From assembly GCA_020137815.1 (NCBI GenBank), contig CM035351.1, positions 5,890,001 through 5,954,000 of the forward strand: a stretch of DNA of 64,000 nt, given 5' to 3'. The DNA comes from Hormiphora californensis. Its lineage: Eukaryota; Animalia; Ctenophora. The notes beneath the pieces were generated by a model, which did no database searches, had not been told where the DNA came from, and saw only the letters and a list, made by a program, of their open reading frames with translations. Both the position numbers and the translations under genes were made by a program. Below are positions 1 to 12,458 of this stretch, in pieces (positions within the stretch are counted from its first letter, which is position 1; each line of letters opens with the position of its first letter).

Positions 1-1031
1 TTCTGCTTCTGTCCACTCTCACTTCAATGCGTACGTCAGTATTCCCCACTGACCGGCTTCCTTCATTCATAGCTGTGACATGCATAACTAGAACTGTGAC
101 GTGTGTATGTGTGTGTGTTTATAACTGTGTCAATACATTAATTGTCACTGAAAAGATAGTAATGTTGTTACTGTCCGAGTTATCTAGCTTATTCGGGTTT
201 ATAAATAAAAATATCAATATCCCCTATAACAAATGAAATTTTCATTTGTTATTGGGGATATTTCTTTGAAAAGGGAGCAAGTGTACGGGTGTGTTTGTAC
301 CATAGTTTTGTGTTAGGACTATCCACTATAACTGTGTTACTGTTATTGTAAACTTAAATTGTAAATTGTTTTTTCCATTTCAGTAACTGAAGGAGCTGCT
401 AGTGCAAAACTATATGTGGAGGACTACAAAATATGTATATAGAGGACTAGAAGTGCAAGTGCAGTACAGTGCAAGGGGATCGCTAGTGTCTAATGAAGCC
501 GGCTTATCAATTATTGGCGTAATGACGTGGCTGCTCTGACTTACGATGACATTGGATCTGGTATTAATAAAGATTTGACTCTACAAAGACCATAAAAAGG
601 CCAATGGACTCTATATTCTAAAATACTCGAAGCTTATAAGAAGAGTCATACGACATACGGGCTGTGATTGTGGCTGTGATGAGCTGTCGAGGTGAGAGGA
701 CATGTAGATTTCATGGGTGTAAAGTAACTGTGAAAGTTGTGTTTTCTCCTTTTGGTCGGGATACGAACTGAATAGGGTTTTATTGTAGAACAACGCTACG
801 TTCTACAATATGATATCAAAATTAAAACCCGTCGAATACTCTAGTACTCATTTCATAAAGCTGGTCAGTGGTCCAGATCCGGCCGGAAGGAGAAAACACA
901 GCTTCCTCGTTAATTATGCGGCTAATCAACAATTTTCTCTCAATAGCTGAGAAACTGATTCTGATAGTTCCCATAATTTATGTGAAAAATGCGGATCTGT
1001 GTGTTATATTTATAATTATCAATTGCCATGC

Positions 1032-1257
1032 TAAAGTCGGATTTTTTGAAACTGTCACCCCCCTGAAATAACAAAATTTGCCATATCTCCGGTTCCTGAT
1101 AAGATAGAGACTTGAAATTTGGAGGTTCGGAAGAACTTAGCAAGATCTTCGTAACCTCCAAATTTCAAGTCTCTATCTCGTCAGGAACCGGATTTATGGT
1201 CATTTACGAAATTTGAAAATACCCAGGGGGGTGACAGTTTCAAAAAATCCGACTTTA
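1032..1257. mobile_element. Palindromic MITE, TA-bounded (Tc1/mariner-like); second copy at 42957-43181
   Basis: TIR taaagtcggattttttgaaactgtcacccccctg / caggggggtgacagtttcaaaaaatccgacttta; internal inverted arms; near-identical copy elsewhere in the window. Confidence 0.85.
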
Positions 1258-1547
1258 TTCATTATCATATTTTTAATTTTGTTACCTTATTTATAAAACT
1301 AAAAGATGTTTTTAATTTCACTCCCTAAACTGGCGAAAAAAGGAAGATGCTACTGGTTCAATGTTTCAAACATTGTTTGGTAATGTCATGTCATGTTTTT
1401 GTTCATCAGCAAGCTGCCGTCTGCCCTGGTAAATTGACGCCAGGGCGCGAATGTTTGTCTGTTTGTCTGTGACTTGATGGGAGAAACGGCTGACGCGGAG
1501 ATCAACTCTGTGGGAATTTCGCGCGAGATTTCACGGCGCGCACGTCG

Positions 1548-1692
1548 TATGAAAGGTCGAGCACGAGGTCGAGCACAAGGTCTGACCAGTCACGTGACCA
1601 CTGCGCGTCGTTGAACCGCCGTTGAGCCGCAGCGCGAAAAAAAGTGCTGACATTGACCGGACCTTGTGCTCGACCTTGTGCTCGACCTTCAT
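1548..1692. repeat. Small inverted-repeat element built from aggtcgagcac units
   Basis: tgaaaggtcgagcacgaggtcgagcacaaggtc ... gaccttgtgctcgaccttgtgctcgaccttca. Confidence 0.55.
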
Positions 1693-2348
1693 GTGCTCGA
1701 CCTGAACATTTCCGAGTATGCTCATTGATTTATTGTTTCCGTTTTTTTGCTTTCGCGGAGGCCGGTGCTGAACCTGGGCCCTTCTCATGGGTGCTCTGCC
1801 CCTACAATCCTCTGGGGCTGCGCCCTTAGGCCCTACTTGTTAGGGGTTTCACCCAACGCCCCTGGATGTGGCTGCTGCCCCGGGGCCGGTGTCCCGTCTA
1901 CAACCCTGAATTTTTGGTTTTAACCCGAATTTAAAAATAATGGCAGGTAAAACTGAACATCAAACAGCATCAAAATTTTCTCATGTCAATAATCTAAACA
2001 GTCTAGCTACTGAGCTCTGTTTGGCCATTAAATATGAGCGTGAGTGTGAAAATTGTGGCTGCGTCCTCTAGCACCGGACAGGCCGAACTAGAGAGATCAG
2101 AGAAGCATCCTTGAGCGTGCTGGACTTCTGCCTCCACAATCCCAGGCACATTTGTAAACGTCCTATGATTCGGTTGACGAATGGGTGAAGGTTAAAACTT
2201 GTAATAAATTATTTACTCCAAACCCTCTTTCCACAGGCCAGAGGGCGGCAATCTTTACTTACAGTGACATCATATTACCGAGTTATAACAGTCTGCGATT
2301 ACGTAGAAAGAACGTCCCTAAATCACTTCATTCGCCCGTTTAGTTACA

Positions 2349-5300
2349 ATGTCTGATTTGAGTTTCAACAAGTTAAATGTTTCTGATTCGCTGGACGAGC
2401 TTGCTTCAAACATTAACCAGGTGAGCTGAATAAGCTTCTTTCACTTCACTATTGTTTCTGTTTGTTATGAACAAAGCAACTGGCATATTTATGTCGATTG
2501 TCAGTTGACCGACTTTATTGGACTGTTAGACTATTATAATGTTTAAAACCAACACCTTATCCTTATTCCTTGTTTCCAAAAGTTCCCTTCCCGATATCAG
2601 ATTCAGAAGATAGTAGTTGAGATAGAGAAGCTAAAGAAACAGGTTGGAACAACATGCGATAACGAAGAGCTGTGGCAGAAATTCGGGGACATTCACTCGA
2701 CTTTTCAACGAAAACTGTCCCGTTGCCAAAAACTGGTAATAATATTATCTTCTCTACTCAGCTTACATGTGCATACCAGTCGTTCAAACTTTCTACACTC
2801 TATTGCCTGTTACTTACAATATTTTACGGAATTCGTGTGTAAACTTGTTGAGTAAGGGGTGAGAAACCCTTTACTCAATAAGTGTAAACGGGATTTTGTT
2901 ACCAAAAATTAGAAATGGTGTGCAACCAATTACTCAGTAAGAATATTTACTTTTGAGACTTTCTGAACACCACCCTGTTTCTAGATTAGCGGTATTTCGT
3001 ATGTGAAAGGGTTGTCCAAATACGAGAGTATACAGACAAGTCGTCTTAAAAAGGACCTAAACGACCTGGTGACGAGATATACCAAGGGACAAAAACAGGT
3101 ACCCGGAATCATCTATTTGATTCTGATCTTGTGTGAATTCTGATAGTGTCAGTCTGTGTTTGTTTGTCCGTAGCTTGCAATGTAGTGCACTAATAATTTG
3201 TCACAATAGTGCTCACTATTGTGTGACAAATTGACCGCTATTAAGATGAGATGTGTTTTGTGCAGCAGCTCTATATTGGTGTATTGTGTCCACGTGGTGT
3301 ACTACAGGACACAATACACAGCACTATATATCCCACCACTCCAGGCTTGATTTCTTCTTCTCTAGAGCTGTAGTGATCCCTACACTCCTGAAGTGATACT
3401 ACTGTTATACTCACTGACACACTCACTATAGATCTGTACATAACAGGATTTAGGAAAAGAAAAGAGAGGGAGAGTGAGAAAGAGAAAGATGGAGGGAGGG
3501 AGAGAGAGGCAGTGTGACTCACACTGTGTGAGAGAGGGAGCGGCGAGGGGAGGTAATCTATACTATACACTGGCTACTCTAATAGACCCCTTGGCAGATC
3601 TATGATTCCATTATTACGTCACATGTGTAAAATGTTGTTTCAAGAGTCAAGAGTTTAGTATGACAGTCTAAATCTTACTCAGTAAATCCTACATACACCA
3701 TTCTTCGTAAGCTTGTCTAGGAGAGTATGATTTTATGTTAAAACTAGAACATATTTTATGTATTGCAGTGGTCTGTCGGTCTGCATACTAAATCTACCCT
3801 CACCGAGAAAACACGTAATGGTAGATTGAATTTCCCCACAATTATACGGTAAACCCCCCCCCCCACTACATTTCTAGTTCCTACCTCACTTCCCCCCTCA
3901 GATTTCATCCCGAGAAAGGGGAGTTATAAAGAGATCCCGAACGAACAGTGCCCGTTCGAGTGAGAGCGGTGGTGGAGGAGGGGCTGGAGCTGACCAGTAT
4001 GATCAACTAGTAGACCAGGAACATTTGTGGCTCGATGGTCAGGAGATTCTAGAGAGGGAACAACAGATAAAGAAGATTGAAGATGATATGGTGACTGTAG
4101 CGGATATGATGAGGGAAATAGGATACTTGGTACATGACCAAGGTATGTGGAACATATGATAGGAACGATGAAGTCATTAAACATGTGACATGTTTTTTGT
4201 TTTCGTGTGTGTGTTGTGTGTTTGTGTGTGAATACTAATCATTTCCTTCTATTTTTGTGTGTCTCCTATTTTTTCCGAGTGTTCGTTTTTCCTGTTTCTA
4301 CATCTGGTGACTGTATCTGTGTGCCGTGTGCAGCCACGGAATAGAACATCCAGTGATTCAATGTTTTCCTTTTAATCTGTTGAATTCTTGCCATGACCTC
4401 ATATTTTTGGGGGGCAAGCTAATTCCTTCACTAAATGTTAGCCAGGGATCCCCTAAGCCACCAAAAAAAAGTTCTAAGCTCTACCCGTTGGGGGGAGGTC
4501 ATTTCCGGGCCACGCCCTTTTAAGCCAAAAGCGTAACTTCCGTTACACCCCCTGTCCGGAGTACTGCTTTTTTTTCTTCTGTGTGTGTGTCGCAACACTG
4601 GAATCGTGCGCGTTCAGGGCATGTTTCAAGTTCCACGTGTCATAGCGTAGCCCCTTATTAGATTAACGAATAATTATTCACACTAGGTTCAAGCCCATAA
4701 TTCATGGAATTCTTGTTAGAACCAAGAAATCATTAGGGGCAAGCTAATTTTTGCACAATCCGATAGTCAATAGGCCCCTGAACCACCAAAAAAAAGTCCC
4801 AAGCCCAACTCCTGGGGGAAGTGCCCCTAATTGGCCCTAATTGATTACAGTGTATTTGTAACCATCAATTAAATCGTAAATCGTCTTAGGAAAGGAGTAG
4901 AGGGAAAACCAAGGGCACTAAAGTGTTCAGCGTCCTCGCATTAGTGGGGGTAGGTGCTGGAATTAAGTCTCTATCTCATCTGGTTAATTAGATAATTGGA
5001 TAATTAGGTTTGCACAGAGCCGTTTTTTGGCTACATGGCTATAGCCACTTGGGAATGGTTTAGAGACTTTTCACTGGTGCCATTTTGTAGGCAATGGCTA
5101 AGTTATGGGGGGTCGTGGTCGGACTTTTAAGCTCTATCTCAAACCGTTTAGCCGTTATTTGGATTCAAAGATCCACAAAGACAGGGTCTGTCAGCAGTGT
5201 CGCATCGTTTTCAAAATCTCCGCACAAACGACTAGCACAAAATGACAACATGCAAAGAATTGCTTGCTGCTCAGTTAGTTTTTATGTTAGCGACTTGAAA

Positions 5301-8300
5301 CAAAGACCATCGTTTAGAGAAATTAATTGTCTATGTCTAGGTCAAAACTAGACGAAAAATGAGCAATTACAGGTGAAACTAGAGAAATCTAAAAAAGGAC
5401 CTCAAAAAAAGGTCTTTTCGACCAAACATTTTGAAATCGCCATAGCTCTGGAAGTAGGGCCGATCTCAAAAATCGGTGAAAAGTCGGTCGAACAATTTTG
5501 TCTGAATTTTTACGTAATACCGGTTTTAACCTGATTGGATCAACCACCAATGAGCCTACCTCAAAAAACTTTGAAACAACCTGATTTTTTCAAAATTTCG
5601 CTCTTCCCGAGAATTTCGGAAAAGTGTCGCATCATTTTCGCGATTTTGATACGACACTTTCCCCCTGCATATAAATACCTGTATCTCTCTTCTTCCCTAG
5701 TTTCTACGCCACGATCTTACTTTTCTAGTGTATCAAGGAGTTTACACTCACTGGGGAGGGGGGGGGCTGCCCTTTTTGGTTGTGCTGCTGTAGAATATCT
5801 GGCCAGAAATTGGCTAAATATGCAACTAATTGATATCAAATCTTAAATCACTCTACCCGACCAATTTTGATACGCTGAATCACGTGAGCAACTTTTCAAT
5901 GCTCTTAGAGGTCGATAGAGTGCTCTAATTGGGTATAATTGGGTCTAATTAACGAAATTACAACTTCTCTCCTGGAAACGCTATGAAGTCGTATGAGGGC
6001 ACTGTACCCACTGAATTAGATACTATACCCTGATTCACATGAACATCTTTTCTAAGTTCCCAGATATCGAGGAAGTCCTCTAATTGAGCATAATTGGGTC
6101 TAATTGAGCAACATATTATATTATATTTACATACAACCCAATTACAACTTTCCCTGTTCATTAGGAGGCACTAATACCATATTGACTTGTGAGAGGGGCA
6201 TTATAAAAAGGGTATTATAAAAAGGGGAATTATAAAAAGGGCACCCTACAGGAGATAAATTGTAATTATTTTGATCAATTCGACCCAGTTATGCTCAATT
6301 AGAGCATTTTCTCCGTCACTTAGACCTTACAATAGTTATTCATTCGAATCAGGGTATCCAAAGTGCCCTCATACGGATTTATAGAATTTCTTGGAAAGAA
6401 TTATAATTTTAATCAATTGGAGCACTTTCCCCACTAATAAGAGCTTAGTAGAAAAGATGCTCATGCCCTGCGGTTGTGAATCAGGATATCAAAATCAATG
6501 TGGTAAGGGCCTCCTAATGAACTTATATTGTTTGCAGGGAAAAGCAATATGTTGCTCAATTAGACCCAATTAAATGCTCAATTAGAGCACTTTATCCACC
6601 ATTGAGAGCTTAGGAAAGATGCTCATGTGAATCAAGGTATCCAAATCAATGGGCTAAGTGTCTAAATTTGTCATGATAGCGTTTCCAGGAGAGAAGTTGT
6701 AATTTCGGTCAATTAGACCCAATTATGATCAATTAGAGCACTTCATCGATATCTGAGAGCTTATAAAAGATGCTCATGTGAATCAGGGTATCTAATTCAG
6801 TGGGTACAGTGCCTTCATACGACTTCATAGCGTTTCTAGGGGAGAAGTTGTAATTTCGTTAATTAGACCCAATTATGCCCAATTAGAGCACTTTATCGAC
6901 CTCTAAGAGCATTGAAAAGTTGCTCACGTGATTCAGCGTATCAAAATTGGTCGGGTAGAGTGATTTTTGATTTGATATCAATTAGTTGCATATTTAGCCA
7001 ATTTCTGGCCAGATATTCTACAGCAGCACAACCAAAAAGGGCAGCCACCCCTCTCCCCAGTGAGTGTAAACTCCTTGATACACTAGAAAAGTAAGATCGT
7101 GGCGTAGAAACTAGGGAAGAAGAGAGATACAGGTATTTATATGCAGGGGGAAAGTGTCGTATCAAAATCGCGAAAATGATGCGACACTTTTCAAAATTCT
7201 CGGGAAGAGCGAAATTTTGAAAAAATCAGGTTGTTTCAAAGTTTTTTGAGGTAGGCTCATTGGTGGTTGATCCAATCAGGTTAAAACCGGTATTACGTAA
7301 AAATTCAGACAAAATTGTTCGACCGACTTTTCACCGATTTTTGAGATCGGCCCTACTTCCAGAGCTATGGCGATTCCAAAATGTTTGGTCGAAAAGACCT
7401 TTTTTTGAGGTCCTTTTTTAGATTTCTCTAGTTTCACCTGTAATTGCTCATTTTTCGTCTAGTTTTGACCTAGACATAGACAAATAACTTCTCTAAACGA
7501 TGGTCTTTGTTTCAAGTCGCTAACATAAAAACTAACTGAGCAGCAAGCAATTCTTTGCATGTTGTCATTTTGTGCTAGTCGTTTGTGCGGAGATTTTGAA
7601 AACGATGCGACACTGCTGACAGACCCTGAAAGAGGCTCAAAATCGTACTTTTTACCATTTTTTGCTCATTTTCAGCACCTTTGAATCCAAATAACGGCTA
7701 AACGGTTTGAGATAGAGCTTAAAAGTCCGACCACGACCCCCCATAACTTAGCCATTGCCTACAAAATGGCACCAGTGAAAAGTCTCTAAACCATTCCCAA
7801 GTGGCTATAGCCATGTGGCCAAAAACGGCTATGTGCGGATCTAATTATCCAATTATCTAATTAACCAGATGAGATAGACTTAATTTTAGCACCTACCCCC
7901 ACTAATTCGAGGACGCTGATCATTTTAGTGCCCTCGGTTTTGTCTCTACTCTTTTCCTAAGTGGCTATAGCCATGTAGCCAAAAAAACGGCTCTGTGCAA
8001 ACCTAATTATCCAATTATCTAATTAACCAGATGAGATAGAGACTTAATTCCAGCACCTACCCCCACTAATGCGAGGACGCTGAACACTTTAGTGCCCTTG
8101 GTTTTCCCTCTACTCCTTTCCTAAGACGATTTACGATTTAATTGATGGTTACAAATACACTGTAATCAATTAGGGCCAATTAGGGGCACTTCCCCCAGGA
8201 GTTGGGCTTGGGACTTTTTTTTGGTGGTTCAGGGGCCTATTGACTATCGGATTGTGCAAAAATTAGCTTGCCCCTAATGATTTCTAGGTTCGGGCAGTTT

Positions 8301-11300
8301 TTGACAACATTTCCATGACTTACCAGACAATTCCTAATACCGTAGATCAAACCCGGACTTGATTGGATAAACACAGGCTAGGCTACGGGCTCTTTTGTAA
8401 AAGTCGTCATGATTCTGTACACCACTGAATCTGCCAACCTAGGCAGCTTCTCCGGCTCACTGAAAGAGTAATATCCCGAAATTCAAAAAAAGGCGAGATA
8501 TGCCCTCTAGACAATTGTCTGCTGAAGAAGCTGGTGTAATTTTTTTCAAGATCCGACGTAAGACGTAGCCAGTTAGCTGTAACATTTGAAATCATGCTCA
8601 TAATTGGTGTGGTGCGTCACAGTGCTGACACATTGAAGTTTAGAGAGTACTGCTTTTTTCCGGAGTACTGCTTTTTCTCTCTCTGCCAAGAGGGCGCGTA
8701 GGGGGCTGTGTGTGGGGACTGTGAATGTGTTGGAGTGTGGTGTATCAAGGCAGTGTGTGTGGTATTCTGATTTCTGTCTCTTACACGACTTAGTGTACCA
8801 GACATTATAAGAGTAGACTGTTATTATACATGACACATAATGCTTCATATTCCCCTCAGCTGTCCCTACCGGCGACCCCACCCCTCATCTGCTCCATCTC
8901 TCAGCTAACCTACCCCTCATCTACTCCAACTACCAGGCACCAGCTATCCTACCCCTCATCTCCCTCATCTACTCCATCTCTCAGCTATCCTACCCCTCAT
9001 CTACTGCATCTCTCAGATATCCTACCCCTCATCTACTCCATCTCTCAGATACCCTAGTCCCTACCCCTCATCTTCGCCATCTCTCAGCTACCCTACCCGG
9101 CCCCCCATTTACTCTATCTCTCAGCTACCCTTCCCCCTCCCCATATACAACATCTCTCAGCTACCCTGGCCCTCATCTACTCCATCTCTCAGCTACCCTA
9201 CCCCTCATCTACTTCATCTCTCAGATATCCTACCCCTCATCTGCTCCATCTCTCAGCTACCCTACCCCTCATCTACTCTATCCCTCAGCTACCCTTCCCC
9301 CTCCCCATCTACTCCATCTCTCAGCTACGCTACCCCTCATGATCATCTATACTCCATCTCTCAAATACACTACCCCTCATATAATACATCTCTCAGATAT
9401 CCTACCCCTCATCTACTCGATCTCTCAGCTACCCTATCCCGTATCTACTTTATCTCTCAGCTACCCTTCCCCCTCCCCATCTACTAAATCTCTCAGCTAC
9501 CCTGCCCCTCATCTCAGCAGTCAGCTACCTTACCCCTCATCTACTTCAACTCTCAGATACCCTACCCCTCAGCTACCATATTCCTCAGGTACCCCAATAC
9601 TCCATCCTGCTAGATAACTGTAAGATCTTATTAGATGCTTCCCCCAGGATACCCACCAGACCAGGTTATAAGGGTACCTGAAATGTTCTAAGGAGTATCT
9701 AATGAGACCTGGTGGGTATTCTGGGTGTTTTAGAAGTATCTAATAAGAGTTTACAGTTATCTAGCAGGATGGGGTATTGGGATACCTGAGGGATATGGTA
9801 GCTAAGGGGTAGGATAGCTGAGAGATGGAGCAGATGAGGGGTAAGGTAGCTGACTGCTGAGATGAGGGGCAGGGTAGCTGAGAGATGGAGTAGATGAGGG
9901 CCAGGGTAGCTGAGAGATGTAGTATATCGGGAGGGGGAAGGGTAGCTGAGAGAATAGAGATAGAGTAAATAAGGGATAGGGTAGCTGAGAGATCGAGTAG
10001 ATGAGGGGTAGGGTAGCTGAGAGATCGAGTAAATGAGGGGCCGGGTAGGGTAGCTGAGAGATGGCGTAGATGAAGGGTAGGGACTAGGGTATCTGAGAGA
10101 TAGAGTAGATGAGGGGTAGGATATCTGAGAGATGCAGTAGATGAGGGGTAGGATAGCTGAGAGATGGAGTAGATGAGGGAGATGAGGGGTAGGATTTGGT
10201 GACATAGACACCTGGCGCGACCCCCCGTGTGTGTGAGCTCAATCTTGGTCGCGCACGGTGTCTATGTCACCAAGGGTAGGATAGCTGGTGCCTGGTAGTT
10301 GGAGTAGATGAGGGGTAGGTTAGCTGAGAGATGGAGCAGATGAGGGATGGGGTCGCCGGTAGGGACAGCTGAGGGGAATATGAAGCATTATGTGTCATGT
10401 ATAATAACAGTCTAGTGTCTACTCTTATAATGTCCGGTACACTAAGTCGTGTAAGAGACAGAAATCAGAATACCACACACACTGCCTTGATACACCACAC
10501 TCCAACACATTCACAGTCCCCACACACAGCCCCCTACGCGCCCTCTTGGCAGAGAGAGAAAAAGCAGTACTCCGGAAAAAAGCAGTACTCTCTAAACTTC
10601 AATGTGTCAGCACTGTGACGCACCACACCAATTATGAGCATGATTTCAAATGTTACAGCTAACTGGCTACGTCTTACGTCGGATCTTGAAAAAAATTACA
10701 CCAGCTTCTTCAGCAGACAATTGTCTAGAGGGCATATCTCGCCTTTTTTTGAATTTCGGGATATTACTCTTTCAGTGAGCCGGAGAAGCTGCCTAGGTTG
10801 GCAGATTCAGTGGTGTACAGAATCATGACGACTTTTACAAAAGAGCCCGTAGCCTAGCCTGTGTTTATCCAATCAAGTCCGGGTTTGATCTACGGTATTA
10901 GGAATTGTCTGGGCTTGAACCTTGTGTGAATAATTATTCGTTAATCTAATTAGGGGCTACGCTATGACACGTGGAACTTGAAACATGCCCTGAACGCGCA
11001 CGATTCTAGTGTTGCGACACACACACAGAAGAAAAAAAAGCAGTACTCCGGACAGGGGGTGCGTTAGGAAATGAGTAGAGACAAAATTAAGGGCATCAAA
11101 GTGTTCAGCGTCCTCATATTAGTGGGGGTAAGTGCCGGAATTAAGTCTCTATCTCATCTGGTTAATTAGATAATTGGATAATTAGGCAAGCGCATAGCCA
11201 TTTGCTGGCCATATGGCTATAGCCATGTTAGGAAAGGAGTAGAGACAAAATCAAGGGCATTAAAATGTGTAGCGTCCTCGCATTAGTGGGGGTAGGTGCC

Positions 11301-12458
11301 GGAATTAAGTCTCTATCTCATCTGGTTAATTAGATAATTGGATAATTAGGTCTGTACATAACCGTTTTTTGGCTATATGGCTATAGCCACTTAGGAATGG
11401 TTTAGAGACTTTTCAATGGTGCCATTTTGTTAAGAAATAAATTTCAATCTAAGAGTTGTAGAAAAATTTAGGCTCTATCTCTTACCATTTCGGAGTTATT
11501 TGTGGTCAAAGTAGGCCAAATCAGCCGGAAATGCCAAAAAATGAAGAATACAATTGGCATTTTCGGCTGATTTGGCATACTTTGACCGCAAATAACGCCA
11601 AAACGGTAAGAGATTGAGCCTAAATTTTTCAACAACTCTTAGATTGAAATTTATTTCTGAACAAAATGGCACCAGTGAAAAGTCTCTAAACCATTCCTAA
11701 GTGGCTATAGCCATATAGCCAAAAAACGGTTATGTACAGACCTAATTATCCAATTATCTAATTAACCAGATGAGATAGAGACTTAATTCCGACACCTACC
11801 CCCACTAATGCGAGGACGCTACACATTTTAATGCCCTTGATTTTGTCTCTACTCCTTTCCTATCATGGCTATAGTCATATGGCCAGCAAACGGCTATGCG
11901 CATACCTAATTCTCCAATTATCTAATTAACCAGATGAGATAGAGACTTAGTTCCAGCACCTACCCCCACTAATTCGAGGACGCTGAACACTTTGGTGCCC
12001 TCGATTTTGTCTCTACTCCTTTCCTAACGGTAGTTACGCTTTTGGCTTAAAAGGGCGTGGCCCGGAAATGACCTCCCCCCAACGGGTAGAGCTTAGAACT
12101 TTTTTTTGGTGGCTTAGGAGATCCCTGACTAACATTTAGTGAAGGAATTAGCTTGCCCCCCAAAAATATGAGGTCAAGCCGTATTTTTACAAGAATTCAA
12201 CAGATTATTTGTTAGAAAATCCTCTCTCTTCTCTCTCCTTTCTAAAAACCATTCTTTTCAGGGGTCAATATCGACAATATAGAGGCCCATATTTACGAAA
12301 CAAATCAAAATGTGGACGAAGGAACGAGCCTATTAGGCCAAGCAGACCGATCAGTTCAAAAGCGGAGGAAACGAAAAATTTGCCTGATAACTACTTTTAT
12401 TATCATTTTGATTGCTCTTATTTTGACGATTGTATTGGTACAAAAATTACAAAATTAG
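2349..12458 (+). CDS. Syntaxin-7/12-like Qa-SNARE; exons 2349-2420, 2601-2735, 2985-3098, 3902-4142, 12262-12458
   Basis: GT-AG phase-compatible exons translate MSDLSFNK...KQVGTTCDNEELW...ILEREQQIKKIEDDMVTVADMMREIGYLVHDQG|VNIDNIEAHI...RRKRKICLITTFIIILIALILTIVLV* (Habc, SNARE motif with Q layer, C-terminal TM). Confidence 0.9.
4698..8322. mobile_element. Foldback element A2 (same family as A; 3-bp TSD CCA) inserted in the left arm of B
   Basis: Ends taattcatggaa / ttccatgactta; CCA at 4695-4697 and 8323-8325; B right arm reads ggttcaagc-cca-gacaattcc (empty site); shares the ttaggaaaggagtagag unit with A. Confidence 0.85.
5182..7628. mobile_element. Foldback element C (CAGGG...CCCTG ends, candidate 5-bp TSD AAAGA) inserted near the centre of A2
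   Basis: ~0.9-kb near-perfect inverted arms; aaaga at 5177-5181 and 7629-7633; ~150-bp internal tandem units containing aattagacccaattat. Confidence 0.8.
8880..10345. repeat. ~33-bp minisatellite (cctcatctactccatctctcagctaccctac) in inverted orientation in the two arms of B
   Basis: Directly visible tandem units at ~8880-9580 and complementary units at ~9800-10345. Confidence 0.85.
10196..10273. mobile_element. 78-bp MITE with 17-bp TIR and 9-bp TSD (Mutator-like)
   Basis: ttggtgacatagacacc / ggtgtctatgtcaccaa; gggtaggat at 10187-10195 and 10274-10282; empty site in the opposite arm near 8940. Confidence 0.85.

Larger units (their letters stand above)
4546..11061. mobile_element. Foldback element B (CAC...GTG ends, 5-bp TSD CGTTA; Transib-like non-autonomous) inserted in A
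   Basis: caccccctgtccggagtactgc / gcagtactccggacagggggtg; CGTTA at 4541-4545 and 11062-11066, single copy in the opposite arm of A; arms 8326-9665 / 9708-10911 give mirrored ORFs in the track. Confidence 0.85.
4373..12207. mobile_element. Foldback element A (TAA...TTA ends, 3-bp TSD TTT), outermost member of the nest in syntaxin intron 4
   Basis: 4373-4545 is the reverse complement of ~12024-12207; 11067-12028 is self-palindromic with ~163-bp tandem units; TTT at 4370-4372 and 12208-12210. Confidence 0.85.

Noticed and set aside
217-262. AT-rich ~45-bp palindrome
   Set aside because: No TSD or second copy; too short to assign
8618-8660. CACAGTG heptamer as a V(D)J-type RSS
   Set aside because: No nonamer at 12- or 23-nt spacing
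5094-10828. Mirrored ORF pairs (8407-8601/10634-10828, 8617-8805/10397-10618, 5535-5846/6941-7165)
   Set aside because: Consequences of inverted arms; no transposase or domain motifs
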